Below the pieces are notes generated by a model, which worked only from the letters and a program-made list of their open reading frames with translations, was not told the origin of the DNA and searched no databases. From assembly GCF_006345805.1 (NCBI RefSeq), contig NC_043017.1, positions 24,614,001 through 24,678,000 on the forward strand: a stretch of DNA of 64,000 nucleotides, given 5' to 3'. This DNA is from Octopus sinensis. Taxonomy: Eukaryota. The translations under genes were made by a program, and so were the position numbers. Shown here in pieces: positions 25,001 to 34,515 of the stretch. Position 1 is the first letter of the stretch, and each line of letters starts with the position of its first letter.

Positions 25001-28000
25001 TGGTAGAGGAGTAGGGGCCGAAACCCGATGTGGTTCCTCCTGATGATGTCTTGAGCTAACTGGATCCTATAAAGGAGCTGTTGTGGTAGCAGACCACGAA
25101 ACACGGTTGTAATTCCTGTGGTCTACTGATATTTGCATGCCCATGCTTGAGTTCTCAGAGTAGAACACTGCTGATGACCTCATCCTTTGCTTTCCAACAA
25201 AACTTAGTGATGATGCAGTCACGTTACATACTGTTTAGTTAAAAGGAAATGTTATTTTTACAATATTTTATTAGTTAAACTTTAATATTTAGCACTCATG
25301 TTCTTGTTTCAGTCTTTAGACTGTGGCCATGCTGGGGCACCACCTTGAAAAATTTTCAGTCGAATGAATTGACCCTAGTACTTATTTTTGTTAAGCTTGT
25401 TACTTATTCTGTCAGTCATTTTTGTCAAACTGCTAGGTTACAGTGACGTAAACACACCAACACCAGTTGTCCAGCAGTGGTGGGGGACAAATAAAACATG
25501 AAGACATGCATACACACACAAACACATACATGTTTCCATCTACCAAATCCACTCACAAGGCTTTGTTCAGCCCGAGGTTATAGTAGAAGCTACTTGTTCA
25601 AGGTGCCACACAGTGGGACTGAACCCAGAACCGTGTGGCTGGGAAGCAAGCTTCTTACCACACAGCCTCGCCTTCACCTAGTTAATAAAGAATCGTTTTA
25701 CTTTTTCTTTATTGGCCAAAGAACAAGATCCAAGATCTGCTTTATGGGGGGGAAAATACAGAATAAAATATTTTCTCAAAAATACGAAAATATACCACTA
25801 GTGATGCATATGGCAGCTGTGTGAAGTTTACAATGAACCACCAGTGGTACCTGTTGCAGTTGATGGGATCTATTCAGTTTGACCGGCATTTTTTTCTAGT
25901 GGTGTCATATGAAATTGTCACCCATAATTATGACCCTAGTATCGATCTATGGCATTTCAATCTGTTTTAGGTTTAGGGGTGGAGGGAAGGGTATCTTTTT
26001 TTCTTCAGAAATGTAAATAAACCCAATCTGTTTCTTAAACGAGGGACATATTCATACGGCACAGAATGTTTTCACTTCAATAGACGTCACTGATTGGTTG
26101 AAATTGCAGAAATTGAAGAAAGAACACAACAAATATCTTACAAACTATAGAATTTTCTCAATAAAGCCAAGAGAAAAAGATGTTTTATTAACACATTCTA
26201 CCAGTATACGAAGTTTAAAATTGTTTAGTTACATGGAAATTATTTTAAAAAACTGTCAGTCAAAGTGAAAAGATCCAGTTGCTGTTATAATCTTGTGTAC
26301 ATTCTTCTAAGACTTGCAGTATTTCTTTATTATCTTTGAACACTTGTAAACTTTCTGAGTCTTTCTCTCTTGTTTTTTTCTTTACAGATATTTTGTTTAC
26401 ACGGTGGATTATCCCCTTCAATTTACAACTTGGACAACATAAATACCTTGTTCAGAAAACAGGAAATACCACATGAAGTATGTGTAAATTTATATTGGTT
26501 TCAAATTTTGGCACTGGCTAGCAGTTTCGGGGGGGGGGGGTAGGTAAGTCAGTTACATTGACCTCAGTATTCAATTGGTACTTATTTTATTGGCCCTTAA
26601 AGGATAAAAAGCAAAGTCAACTTTGGCAGAATTTGAACTCAGAACTTAAAGGCAAGCAAAATACCACTAAGAATTTTACCTGGCTTCCTAACGATTCTGC
26701 CACTTCACAGCATTTATTATCATCATCATCATCATTTGATGTTTGCTTTCCATGCTGGTATAGGTCAACAGGAGTTGGCCTGGCAGAAGACGGCATCAGA
26801 TGTCTGTGTCTATTTTGACATGGTTTTTACAGCTGGATGCCCTTCCTAACACCAACCATCCCACAGAGTGGACTGAGTGGTTTTTACATGAAACCAGCAC
26901 AGGCGAGGTCAGATCCTTTCTTCCATAAGCACAAGGGCTGAAATTTTGTGGGAAGGGTCCAGTCAATTACATCAATCCTAGTACTCAATTGGTACTTATT
27001 TTATCAATCCCAAAAGGATGAAAGGCAAAGTTGATCTGGGCAGAATTTGAATTCAGAATGTAAATACAGACAGAATACTGCTAAGCATTTTGCCTGGTGT
27101 GCTAATGCTTCTGCCAGCTCACTTCCTTTATGTATCTCTCTTTATATAAATGGCAGTTTGTCTGCGTGTTTCTGTGTGTCTGTTTGCTTGTACCCTCACC
27201 CTGAAACTTGACACACACATAGCCCAATGTCATAATTCAAAACTAACGCAGCGAAAATTTTGAAAAGTTCACCCAGTTCTGAAAAAAATCGATAAATTCG
27301 ACATGGGGTCGAGAATCAGAAACACAAACCGCAAACTGTCTAGGGGACGCAACTCCACCTTTTTTTACTCAAAAAAAATTTACCATCATTTTTTCCCATT
27401 TTTTTGCTATTTTGTGGCTATAACTCTCTAAAAATGCTTTATAGTTATTTCCCTTACAAACCTGAGCAACGCCGGGCGATACTGCTAGTAACATATATTG
27501 CTACTTGTTTTCAGTCATCATCATTATCACATCCACTTTCTCATGCCTGCATGGGTTAGATAGAATCTATTGAGGTAGAATTCCTACAGTCAGATGCTCT
27601 TCTTGGCTCGAAACCAGGTGATATTTCTTGATAGCCAGATATGTTTCATATGGAAGACTGGTGATGGTGGTGGTGGTGGTGGTGGTGGTGGTGGCAGTGG
27701 CAGAAAAACAAAGATACAAACACACACATGTACACACACTGACATATGTGATGGGCTTCCTTTTCAGTTTCCATCTACCAAATCCACTCACATAGCTTGC
27801 TTGGCCCATGACTATATTAGAAGAAGGTACCATGCTGTGGGATTGAACTTGAAACTACATGTTTGGGAAGCAAGTGTCTTAATCACATTGCTACATCTGC
27901 ACATTTTTTTCTTCTTTTTTTCTACAACTCACTGTGGGATACAATGAACCATACACCCATCAATCTAGAAATTCTGGAAAGGAAACGGGACTGGAGTGGT

Positions 28001-30801
28001 TAAACTCTGAAGCATAGGTTCTCAACCAGAGTCAATGTAACCCTTAGGGGTCCACATAAGATTTTGTGGATAAAATTCATATGCAATAAATTGGTTACAC
28101 TTCTACAATAAACAAAATATCTCAACAGTTTTTATTTATACAATTCTTAATATCTAATTATAAAAATATAAAATATATTCTTTTTTTTTTACGTGGAATG
28201 GCTGGGAAGGCCCATGTGAGTAAAATAGGGATCAAAGGGGTTCATAGATAAAAACTGGTTGAGAACCACTGCTTTAACCCTTTAGCATTTAAACCGGCTA
28301 TATCCGGCCAAAAGTATTCTGCCTGTTTTATGTTCAAACTGGCCAGATCTGGTCTCTCACACCAACCCTACATATATCGTTTTAAAAATTAACAGCTACC
28401 TCATTAAAATCTCATAACTACAAGATAATGTATGATTAGTTCAAAACAATTAGGATAAAAAAGCATTAATTTTGGCAGAATAATGCAAACACTAAAGGGT
28501 TAAAGAGACCTTCAAGTAGAATTGCAAAACAACGGTTAGACTGGCAACCTGAAGGAAAGAGAGAAGTTGGATAATCTAAGAAAACCTGGAAAGGATGCAT
28601 GGAGCATGAAACGAAAACGGTTTCTCTCTCTTGGTCTGAAATCAAGGAGGGAATCCAAGATTGCATCCACTGGCATGAAATGGTCATAGCTCTTTGCTCC
28701 TTACAGAGTAATGTGGACTAACTAACTATAATGCACTGTAAACATGAAGCTAAATATACAGAAATTCTTTTTCAGGGTCCAATGTGTGATCTTCTTTGGT
28801 CTGATCCCGGTACACACAACGGTTGGAGCCTGTCACCGCGAGGCCTTGGTTACACATTTGGCAAATGTATTTCAGAACTGTTCTGTTACTCAAATGGTCT
28901 TTCCCTTATATCTCGTGCTCACCAGTTGGCCATGGAGGTAATTATAATTTCCCTTGTTTCTATATAGTTTGCTCTTAATTCATGCAGAATCATCATCATC
29001 ATTTAGCATCCGCTTTCCATGCTAGCATGGGTTGACGGTTCGACTGGGGATCTGGGAAGCCAGAAGGCTGCACCAGGCCCAGTCTGATCTGGCAATGTTT
29101 CTACGGCTGGATGCCCTTCCTAACGCCAACCACTCCGTAAGTGTAGTGGTGCTTTTTACGTGCCACCTGCACAGGGACCACAGGAGGCTGGCAAACAGCC
29201 ACGATCAGTTGGTGCTTCTTACGTGCCACCGGCACAGAAGCCAGTCAAGGCGGCGCTAGCATCGGCCACATTCGGATGGTGCTTTTTACGTGCCACCGGC
29301 ACAGAAGCCAGTCAAGGCAGCGCTGGCATCGGCCACGTTCGGATGGTGCTTTTTACATGCCACCGGTACAGAAGCCAGTCAAGGCGGCGCTGGCATCGGC
29401 CATGTTCGGATGGTGCTTTTTACGTGCCAATCTGAAACCTTTCGAACTTTTGCGAGGATTTTGATATTTTTAAAGGGCCATTTTTTTGTCTTAGTTATTT
29501 CAGTCATTAGATTGCAGCCTTGCTGGGGCACCTCCTTGGAGAATTCTTTAGTCGAATGAATCGACCCCAATACTTATTTTTTTAAAACCTGCAACTTAGT
29601 CTATCATTCGCTTTTGCTGAGCTGCCAAGTTATGGAGACGTAAAAACACACTAGCACCTGTTGTCGAGCAATAGTGGGGTACAAACACAGACACCCAAGG
29701 CTTCTTTCAGTTTCCATCTACCAAATCCAACTCTCAAGGCTTTGGTCAGCCTGAGGCTATAGTAGAAGACACTTGCACAAAGTGCCATGCAATAGGACTG
29801 AACCTGGAACCATATGGTTGGGAAGCCAGCTTGTGCCTTTTTTTTATTTAAATTTTGATTAATGTCAATCATTTAATTTCTGTAATTGATTTACAAGATT
29901 CTTGAGTTGAACTTGGGTGTTGAAACAGATTTTGTCATATTTTGGGAGGATCATTATGCCAATAATAAACACATGCACTGGTTGTATTTCACCTCTTTAT
30001 TATTTATTTGTCAATAAACTATTTAATTTTTCTTTAATGAAACATCAGTTGATAACGTCCACCATTTAAGGGTTGATCAATTATTCTCTCTTTCTCTCAC
30101 ACACACACACAAACATAATTGTTAAAATAAATAGGAAAAAAATTACAAAAGCAGTTTATTCTCTTCCACAGGGTTACAATATGTGTCATGACAACAATGT
30201 AGTGACAGTGTTTAGTGCTCCAAATTATTGCTACCGATGTGGTAACCAAGCAGCCATCATGCAAATTGAAAGTGGCTCTAAATATTTCTTGTAAGTGAAT
30301 ATTATTATTATTATTATATTTTTTCCTTCTTTCTTCAAATTTTCTTCCGTTTCTCGCCGAGTGTTTTCTATACACCTAGGGCAGAGAAGGGCATTATTGT
30401 ATGCATTCCCAGATTTCACGTGCAAATTCACAGATAAAATATGTATTTAAAAATTAATAAATAAATAAATTCATGGATGGATGTTATTTTCACAGCGATA
30501 GTGCTCTTCTTAGTACATGAGCCATTCCAGTTAACACGATTTTTTGCACTTCCTGTAGGAATGGTAAGCCTGGAATCATTTTCAAATAGGTTTCAGTACC
30601 TTTTTTTATCATTCCTAGAGATCCTACGATCACTGGTACTGTAGTCGCCTTGAGATGCCACATTTTTTCAATTTCTATTAGCAGGTCTTTATATTTACTA
30701 ATCTTGTCAAATTCTTTCGCCGCTATATTGTGATCACAGGGAATACTAATGGCAATTAATAAACACATCCTTTTTGTCTGATCTTTTATAATAATATCCA
30801 G

Positions 30802-30874
<73 letters not shown>

Positions 30875-31632
30875 CTTTGTAAGACAGTGTAGGTAAAAAT
30901 GTACCAGAGTTGTTAGTCATCTGTCAAGTCACAACAAGGACCTCAGACAGATAATACTTTCCTTAAGATGTGCGCTGCGCCCAATAAGGGCTGCTGTTTG
31001 CAAGACATCAATCTTGCATGGGATTTCCAGTTGCCCTAAGAAGTCTTGAAGTTTCAATGGGACTGAGCCCAATGCTCCAATCGCCAATTATCTTTTACTT
31101 GTTTCAGTCATTAGACTGTGGCCATTCTGGGGCAGTCTCTTGAAGAATTTTAGTCAAATGAATTGATCCTGGTACTTTTTTTAAAGCTTGGTACTTATTT
31201 TATCACTCTCTTTTGCCAAACTGCTAAGTTATGGGGACATAAACAGCCCAACACCAGTTATCAAGTGGTGGTGGCAGGGGAGACACATAGATACACACAT
31301 ACACACACACACACACATGCATGACAGGCTTCTTTCAGTTTCCATCCACCAAATCCACTCACAAGGCTTTGGTCTTCCTAAGACTCTAGTAGAAAACATT
31401 TAACCAACATGCCACACAGTGTGATTGAACCCAGAACCATATGGCTGGGAAGGAAGCATCTTGCCACACAACCACCTACATTTGTTTGTGTGTTTGTTTG
31501 TTTGTTTTTGTTAATTAGAAATACTGAAACAAAATCTGTTTATTCCATTTATTTTTCAGCTTACAATTTGATCCGGCTCCCGTGAAAAGAAAACCAAATT
31601 CAGATCACCCAGTTCCAGATTATTTTCTTTAA
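7005..31632 (+). CDS. PPP2C-like: Serine/threonine-protein phosphatase 2A catalytic subunit, divergent tandem paralog (copy 1), complete, 310 aa
   Basis: join(7005..7109, 21484..21693, 24469..24642, 26388..26477, 28776..28937, 30172..30290, 31560..31632) = 933 nt, open frame, all GT-AG. Exon sizes 105/210/174/90/162/119/73 match PPP2CA structure. Motifs [38 protein letters not shown] and C-terminal DYFL* are present. Confidence 0.96.
9226..10240 (-). mobile_element. CRE/R2-superfamily (RLE endonuclease) non-LTR retrotransposon C-terminal remnant, interrupted by a hAT MITE
   Basis: Frameshifted peptides [60 protein letters not shown]...NA.SILAS. Confidence 0.7.
9289..9520. mobile_element. hAT-type MITE with 8-bp TSD
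   Basis: TIRs CAGTGGTTTTCAA...TTGAAAAGCACTG; perfect TSD CTATGATC at 9281-9288 and 9521-9528; internal ~31-bp tandem duplication. Confidence 0.85.
12390..12560 (+). mobile_element. Penelope-like element RT/linker remnant
   Basis: [22 protein letters not shown]...[13 protein letters not shown] resembles the Penelope N..A..Y..AL..SG..E.....R.RKIIWFNPPY region. Confidence 0.45.
13000..13830 (-). mobile_element. RTE-type LINE endonuclease remnant (highly decayed)
   Basis: Fragmentary peptides such as DSDDMTK and WSTNDG; many stops. Confidence 0.4.
14746..14813. repeat. Degenerate (CCCTAA)n-like tract
   Basis: TAACCCCAGCCCTAACTCTAACTTTAACCTTAACCCTAGACCCTAGCCCTATACCCTAACCCTAACCC. Confidence 0.7.
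19095..19377. repeat. Long imperfect inverted repeat (about 120-bp arms, 36-nt spacer)
   Basis: 19095-19216 is the reverse complement of 19253-19377, for example ACATCTGGACAGTTAGGTGATA / TATCACCTAACTGTCCAGATGT and GGTCATTCGAAGTTTTCTTTCC / GGAAAGAAAACTTCGAATGACC. Confidence 0.9.
19386..19782 (-). mobile_element. tRNA-derived octopus-type SINE (young copy)
   Basis: Reverse complement of the copies at 21866 and 35442; Pol III B-box-like GGTTCAGTCCC head. Confidence 0.85.
21484..21693 (+). CDS. PPP2C-like: PP2A-C copy 1 exon 2
   Basis: [70 protein letters not shown]; TAG acceptor, GTACGT donor. Confidence 0.97.
21866..22251 (+). mobile_element. tRNA-derived octopus-type SINE (young copy)
   Basis: GGAGTGGCTGTGTGGTAAG...GGTTCAGTCCC...GCACCTTGGGCAAGTGTC...AAACAAGTAAAAGAG. 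Dozens of older relatives occur throughout the window. Confidence 0.85.
23677..24054 (-). mobile_element. 5'-truncated RTE (BovB-like) LINE with 13-bp TSD
   Basis: Open frame [21 protein letters not shown]...[15 protein letters not shown]...[14 protein letters not shown]; (GATA)n tail; TSD TTCAACATCAGAC at 23664-23676 and 24055-24067. Confidence 0.9.
24469..24642 (+). CDS. PPP2C-like: PP2A-C copy 1 exon 3
   Basis: [58 protein letters not shown]; CAG acceptor, GTAAGT donor. Confidence 0.97.
25865..26278. mobile_element. MITE with imperfect TIRs
   Basis: GGATCTATTCAGTTTGACCGGCA ... TGTCAGTCAAAGTGAAAAGATCC. Confidence 0.6.
26388..26477 (+). CDS. PPP2C-like: PP2A-C copy 1 exon 4
   Basis: [30 protein letters not shown]; CAG acceptor, GTATGT donor. 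Confidence 0.95.
27135..27488 (+). mobile_element. Non-autonomous Helitron
   Basis: Inserted between A and T; 5' TC(TCTCTTTATATA); 3' hairpin CCTGAGCAACGCCGGG about 11 nt before the terminal CTAG. Confidence 0.8.
28278..28499. mobile_element. piggyBac-type MITE
   Basis: TTAA|CCCTTTAG...CTAAAGGG|TTAA. Relatives at about 1640-1838, 32650-32880, 58816-59012 and 63200-63430. Confidence 0.75.
28776..28937 (+). CDS. PPP2C-like: PP2A-C copy 1 exon 5
   Basis: [54 protein letters not shown]; CAG acceptor, GTAATT donor. Confidence 0.96.
28993..29430. repeat. Abundant (CAT)n-tailed interspersed repeat with three internal 67-bp tandem units (29211-29411)
   Basis: Unit GGTGCTTTTTACGTGCCACCGGCACAGAAGCCAGTCAAGG...TTCGGAT starts at 29211, 29278 and 29345. 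Same family at about 11145-11730, 16330-16535, 23100-23400, 45250-45425 and 62820-63008. Confidence 0.85.
30172..30290 (+). CDS. PPP2C-like: PP2A-C copy 1 exon 6
   Basis: [39 protein letters not shown] plus 2 nt; CAG acceptor, GTAAGT donor. Confidence 0.96.
30317..30802 (-). mobile_element. R4/Dong-like RLE retrotransposon 3' end between (TAA)n tracts
   Basis: [22 protein letters not shown]...[29 protein letters not shown]...HVLRRALSL* (decayed PD-D motif), then 3' UTR and a (TAA)n tail. Confidence 0.8.
30803..30873. repeat. (ATT)n microsatellite
   Basis: About 23 uninterrupted units. Confidence 0.95.
30875..31090 (-). mobile_element. Second, distinct R4/Dong-like RLE 3' end
   Basis: [32 protein letters not shown](+1 shift)[10 protein letters not shown]; its 3' UTR ends at the (AAT)n tract. 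Confidence 0.7.
31560..31632 (+). CDS. PPP2C-like: PP2A-C copy 1 exon 7
   Basis: (F)[26 protein letters not shown]; TTTTTCAG acceptor. Confidence 0.95.
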
Positions 31633-31715
31633 AGCCGGACTTTTAGTACAACCATCAACAATATATACTTACAAAGACATACACATACACACAGACATGT
31701 GTGAGTCTATAAATA

Positions 31716-31938
31716 TACAAGGGGGTGGCTGAAAAGTTCTTGGCTTTAAGGGTGTCGTGAAAGGTGTGGTTGGAGGCCCAACCATCTGATTTCTTTTATA
31801 GGGCTTACAAAAACTGAAGGATCACCACGATAAGTGTGTGAATCTGAGAAGAGAATATGTTGAATAAAATCATAATTAACTGATCCTCCTGTATTTTTCT
31901 TTTACCCAAAGCCAGGAACTTTTCAGTACCCTCTTGTA
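31716..31938. mobile_element. Mariner-type MITE in the 3' UTR of PP2A-C copy 1
   Basis: TA-flanked TIRs TACAAGGGGGTGGCTGAAAAGTTC ... GAACTTTTCAGTACCCTCTTGTA. Relatives at about 22562-22790 and 23429-23630. Confidence 0.75.
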
Positions 31939-33179
31939 TATATAGGCATTAGGAAGGGTATTCAGTTGTAAAAACTATGCCAAAACAGTGAAACTTGGCG
32001 TTGTCCTGTGGTTTGCCAGCTCCGGTTAAACCATCCAACCATGCCAGTATGGAAGATGGATGATAAAGTATGATGATATACACATGCACATATCACCATC
32101 ATCATCGGTATTATGTCCACTTTTACAGGCTTGCATGGGTTAGATGGAATATGTTAAGGCAGATTTTCTATGGTCCTGTACCCTTCTTGTCACCAGCCTC
32201 TCCCCTGTCTTCAAGCAAAGTGTAATATTTCCTCATGGCACCGAAGATTGGAAATAAATCACACACACACATATATATAGTGCAGTGTCATGACAAATGT
32301 ATACAAGTATCCTGAGAAAATACCAAACATTCACAAATAGATACCTCAAAAACATACTAAATGACAAATATCTAGAAATTGTAAGGAACAAAAATCGGTG
32401 GGCCAAAGCCAAACAGGTATCCACTAGCCTGACATAAGTGAGAATGTGTAGGCCATATGCGAAAGAAACCACAAGGATGTTTGGTAAGGCAAACCCAGAA
32501 GGAAAAAAATGAGGGCAACATACCTGAGGATAATCCAGTGAAGATTGACAGAAGAGGAATTTGAAATGACAAGGAAATAACGGAAAAGAAAAACACAGGA
32601 ACAACAACAACAACCTTTCTACACAGCCTGCTTCCAACTTAAAAAACAGGTTAACTCTTTTGATACCAACCCAGCAGAAACCACCTCTGGCTCTGTAGTA
32701 CAAATGTCTTGTTTGCCTAAGTTCTGAATTAAAATCTTTCACCAAACCTTAGTCACAATTTATGTCCTTAACACTAGCTTAATGGTAACTAAGTTGTTTT
32801 ACTAAATTTTTTGTTATATTTAAAATTAATTGAAAGAAACACAGAGCATCTCAACAGAAATATGGTAACAAAAGGGTTAACCAGAAGTATGTCCTTTGGT
32901 GCACCATTAGTGCACACTTTTATTCAAACAATTTTGGAAACATTTGTAATGCCTGCTGACAGTTCAAACAATGTTTTATAAAATAAATTTTATATTGGAG
33001 ATCAGTGTTGAATTTGTTTCTTAACACCTGAGAAAATGTGACAAGTAGGTGCAGGTGTGCATCGACATGGCTCCAGGTTCAGTTCCACTGCATGGTACCT
33101 TATAGTGTCTTCTATTATAGCCTTGAGCCAACCAAAGTCTTGTGAGTAGATTTGGTTGAAAGAAAATGAAAGAAGCCCA

Positions 33180-33216
<37 letters not shown>

Positions 33217-34515
33217 GAGAGTGTTCCAAGATACATCTCATAAATGATCCTGAAATATATATCGTCAGTGATGTTTCTGGGATCTCAGGATGTTTTAAAT
33301 GTTTATATGCATGTGTGTGTGAGAAAACAAATATAAGCCAGAGAGGAAGCAAACAAACCATTTGGTATCACATGAATTTTCTTTTTCTCTTGCTTCTTTT
33401 AATTATTTTTCCTCTCTTGCCTCTCTTAATCTATTTCTTTTCTTTGTTTAAAGAGTGTCACCCAAAGCATTAAATTCTCTTCTGTTTCTTCTACCTCTGG
33501 TGTATTTATCTTCATTTGTACATTCTTTTGATTGTTGCATTTTTTACTTTATATTTCTATGCTTTTTCAGTTACGTTTTCATTTGCATGACTCAATGTAG
33601 TTTGTTTGTCTCTTCTTTACCTCATAATCATACTCCTGTTATTTTGATGATTTTATTTTTACCTATTTATATCCTTTTGCTATCTTAGAACGAATTGCTG
33701 CTACTTAGCAGATTGATCACATAACAACAATCCTTATATATATGTGTGTGTTTGCGTATGTAGCCCCATCTATCCATATGCACAAAGACACACTCATATA
33801 TGTATGTGTCTATATCTGTGTATGCATTATACTCAATATATGTATATACATACATACATACACACACACATATATATATATATATATGGTAAATGAATCT
33901 TTATATATATACTCCCACGCACACCCACTGAGATATATGCATTCATGTGTCTGTCTGTGTCTATATATTCAGTGTCTTTATTATTTTTTCTGTGTTCCTC
34001 AGAATACAAACTATATTTTGAAACAGTCTAGAGATAAAAACAAGAAATAATGAACAGCCATTAGTTACATCAAGATATTTTATAGGCACAAAAGATTGTA
34101 GAGTGCAAAAGTGCAGAATACAATTTTTTGTTCTTGGTGCACCAGAGATATTGGTGAACATACAGACAGCTTAATGGATATAAAGTGCTTAAGTCAGGAA
34201 CAGTAGTAGTCATGGTGATAACGGTGGTGGTGTGAGTATTGGTAGTGATAATGATATTGCTCATGGTGAGAATAATGATGATGTGGAGATGGTGACAGTT
34301 GTACTATTGCCACTACTACTACTACTACTACTACTGCTGATGGTACTGGGTGTGTGTGGAAGAGAAGGGTGTAATTTTAAAGAAAATGGCAACAGCAATC
34401 ATTAAGATTCTGTATTCAAAACAATAAAAGAATAACAATGATAAAACACATGTAAAAGCTGATTTAAAATGTATTTTCTTTTTGTTGAGTAATTGGCTCA
34501 TTACTCTCTCTCTTA

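Noticed and set aside
29211-29411. 67-bp repeats as a CRISPR-like array
   Set aside because: Tandem units with no unique spacers, inside a common eukaryotic repeat family.
24469-30290. Okadaic-acid or microcystin resistance as the explanation for copy 1
   Set aside because: The main known determinants (R89, Q122, I123, H191, W200, L243, Y265, C266, R268, C269) are unchanged. Only neighbouring residues differ, so it is kept as a minor testable possibility.
7005-31632. Copy 1 as a pseudogene, or as PP4/PP6
   Set aside because: The frame, all splice sites and catalytic residues are intact. Exon sizes and phases, and 84-95% nucleotide identity to copy 2 in exons 2-3, show PP2A origin despite GDIHG and PVxDYFL.
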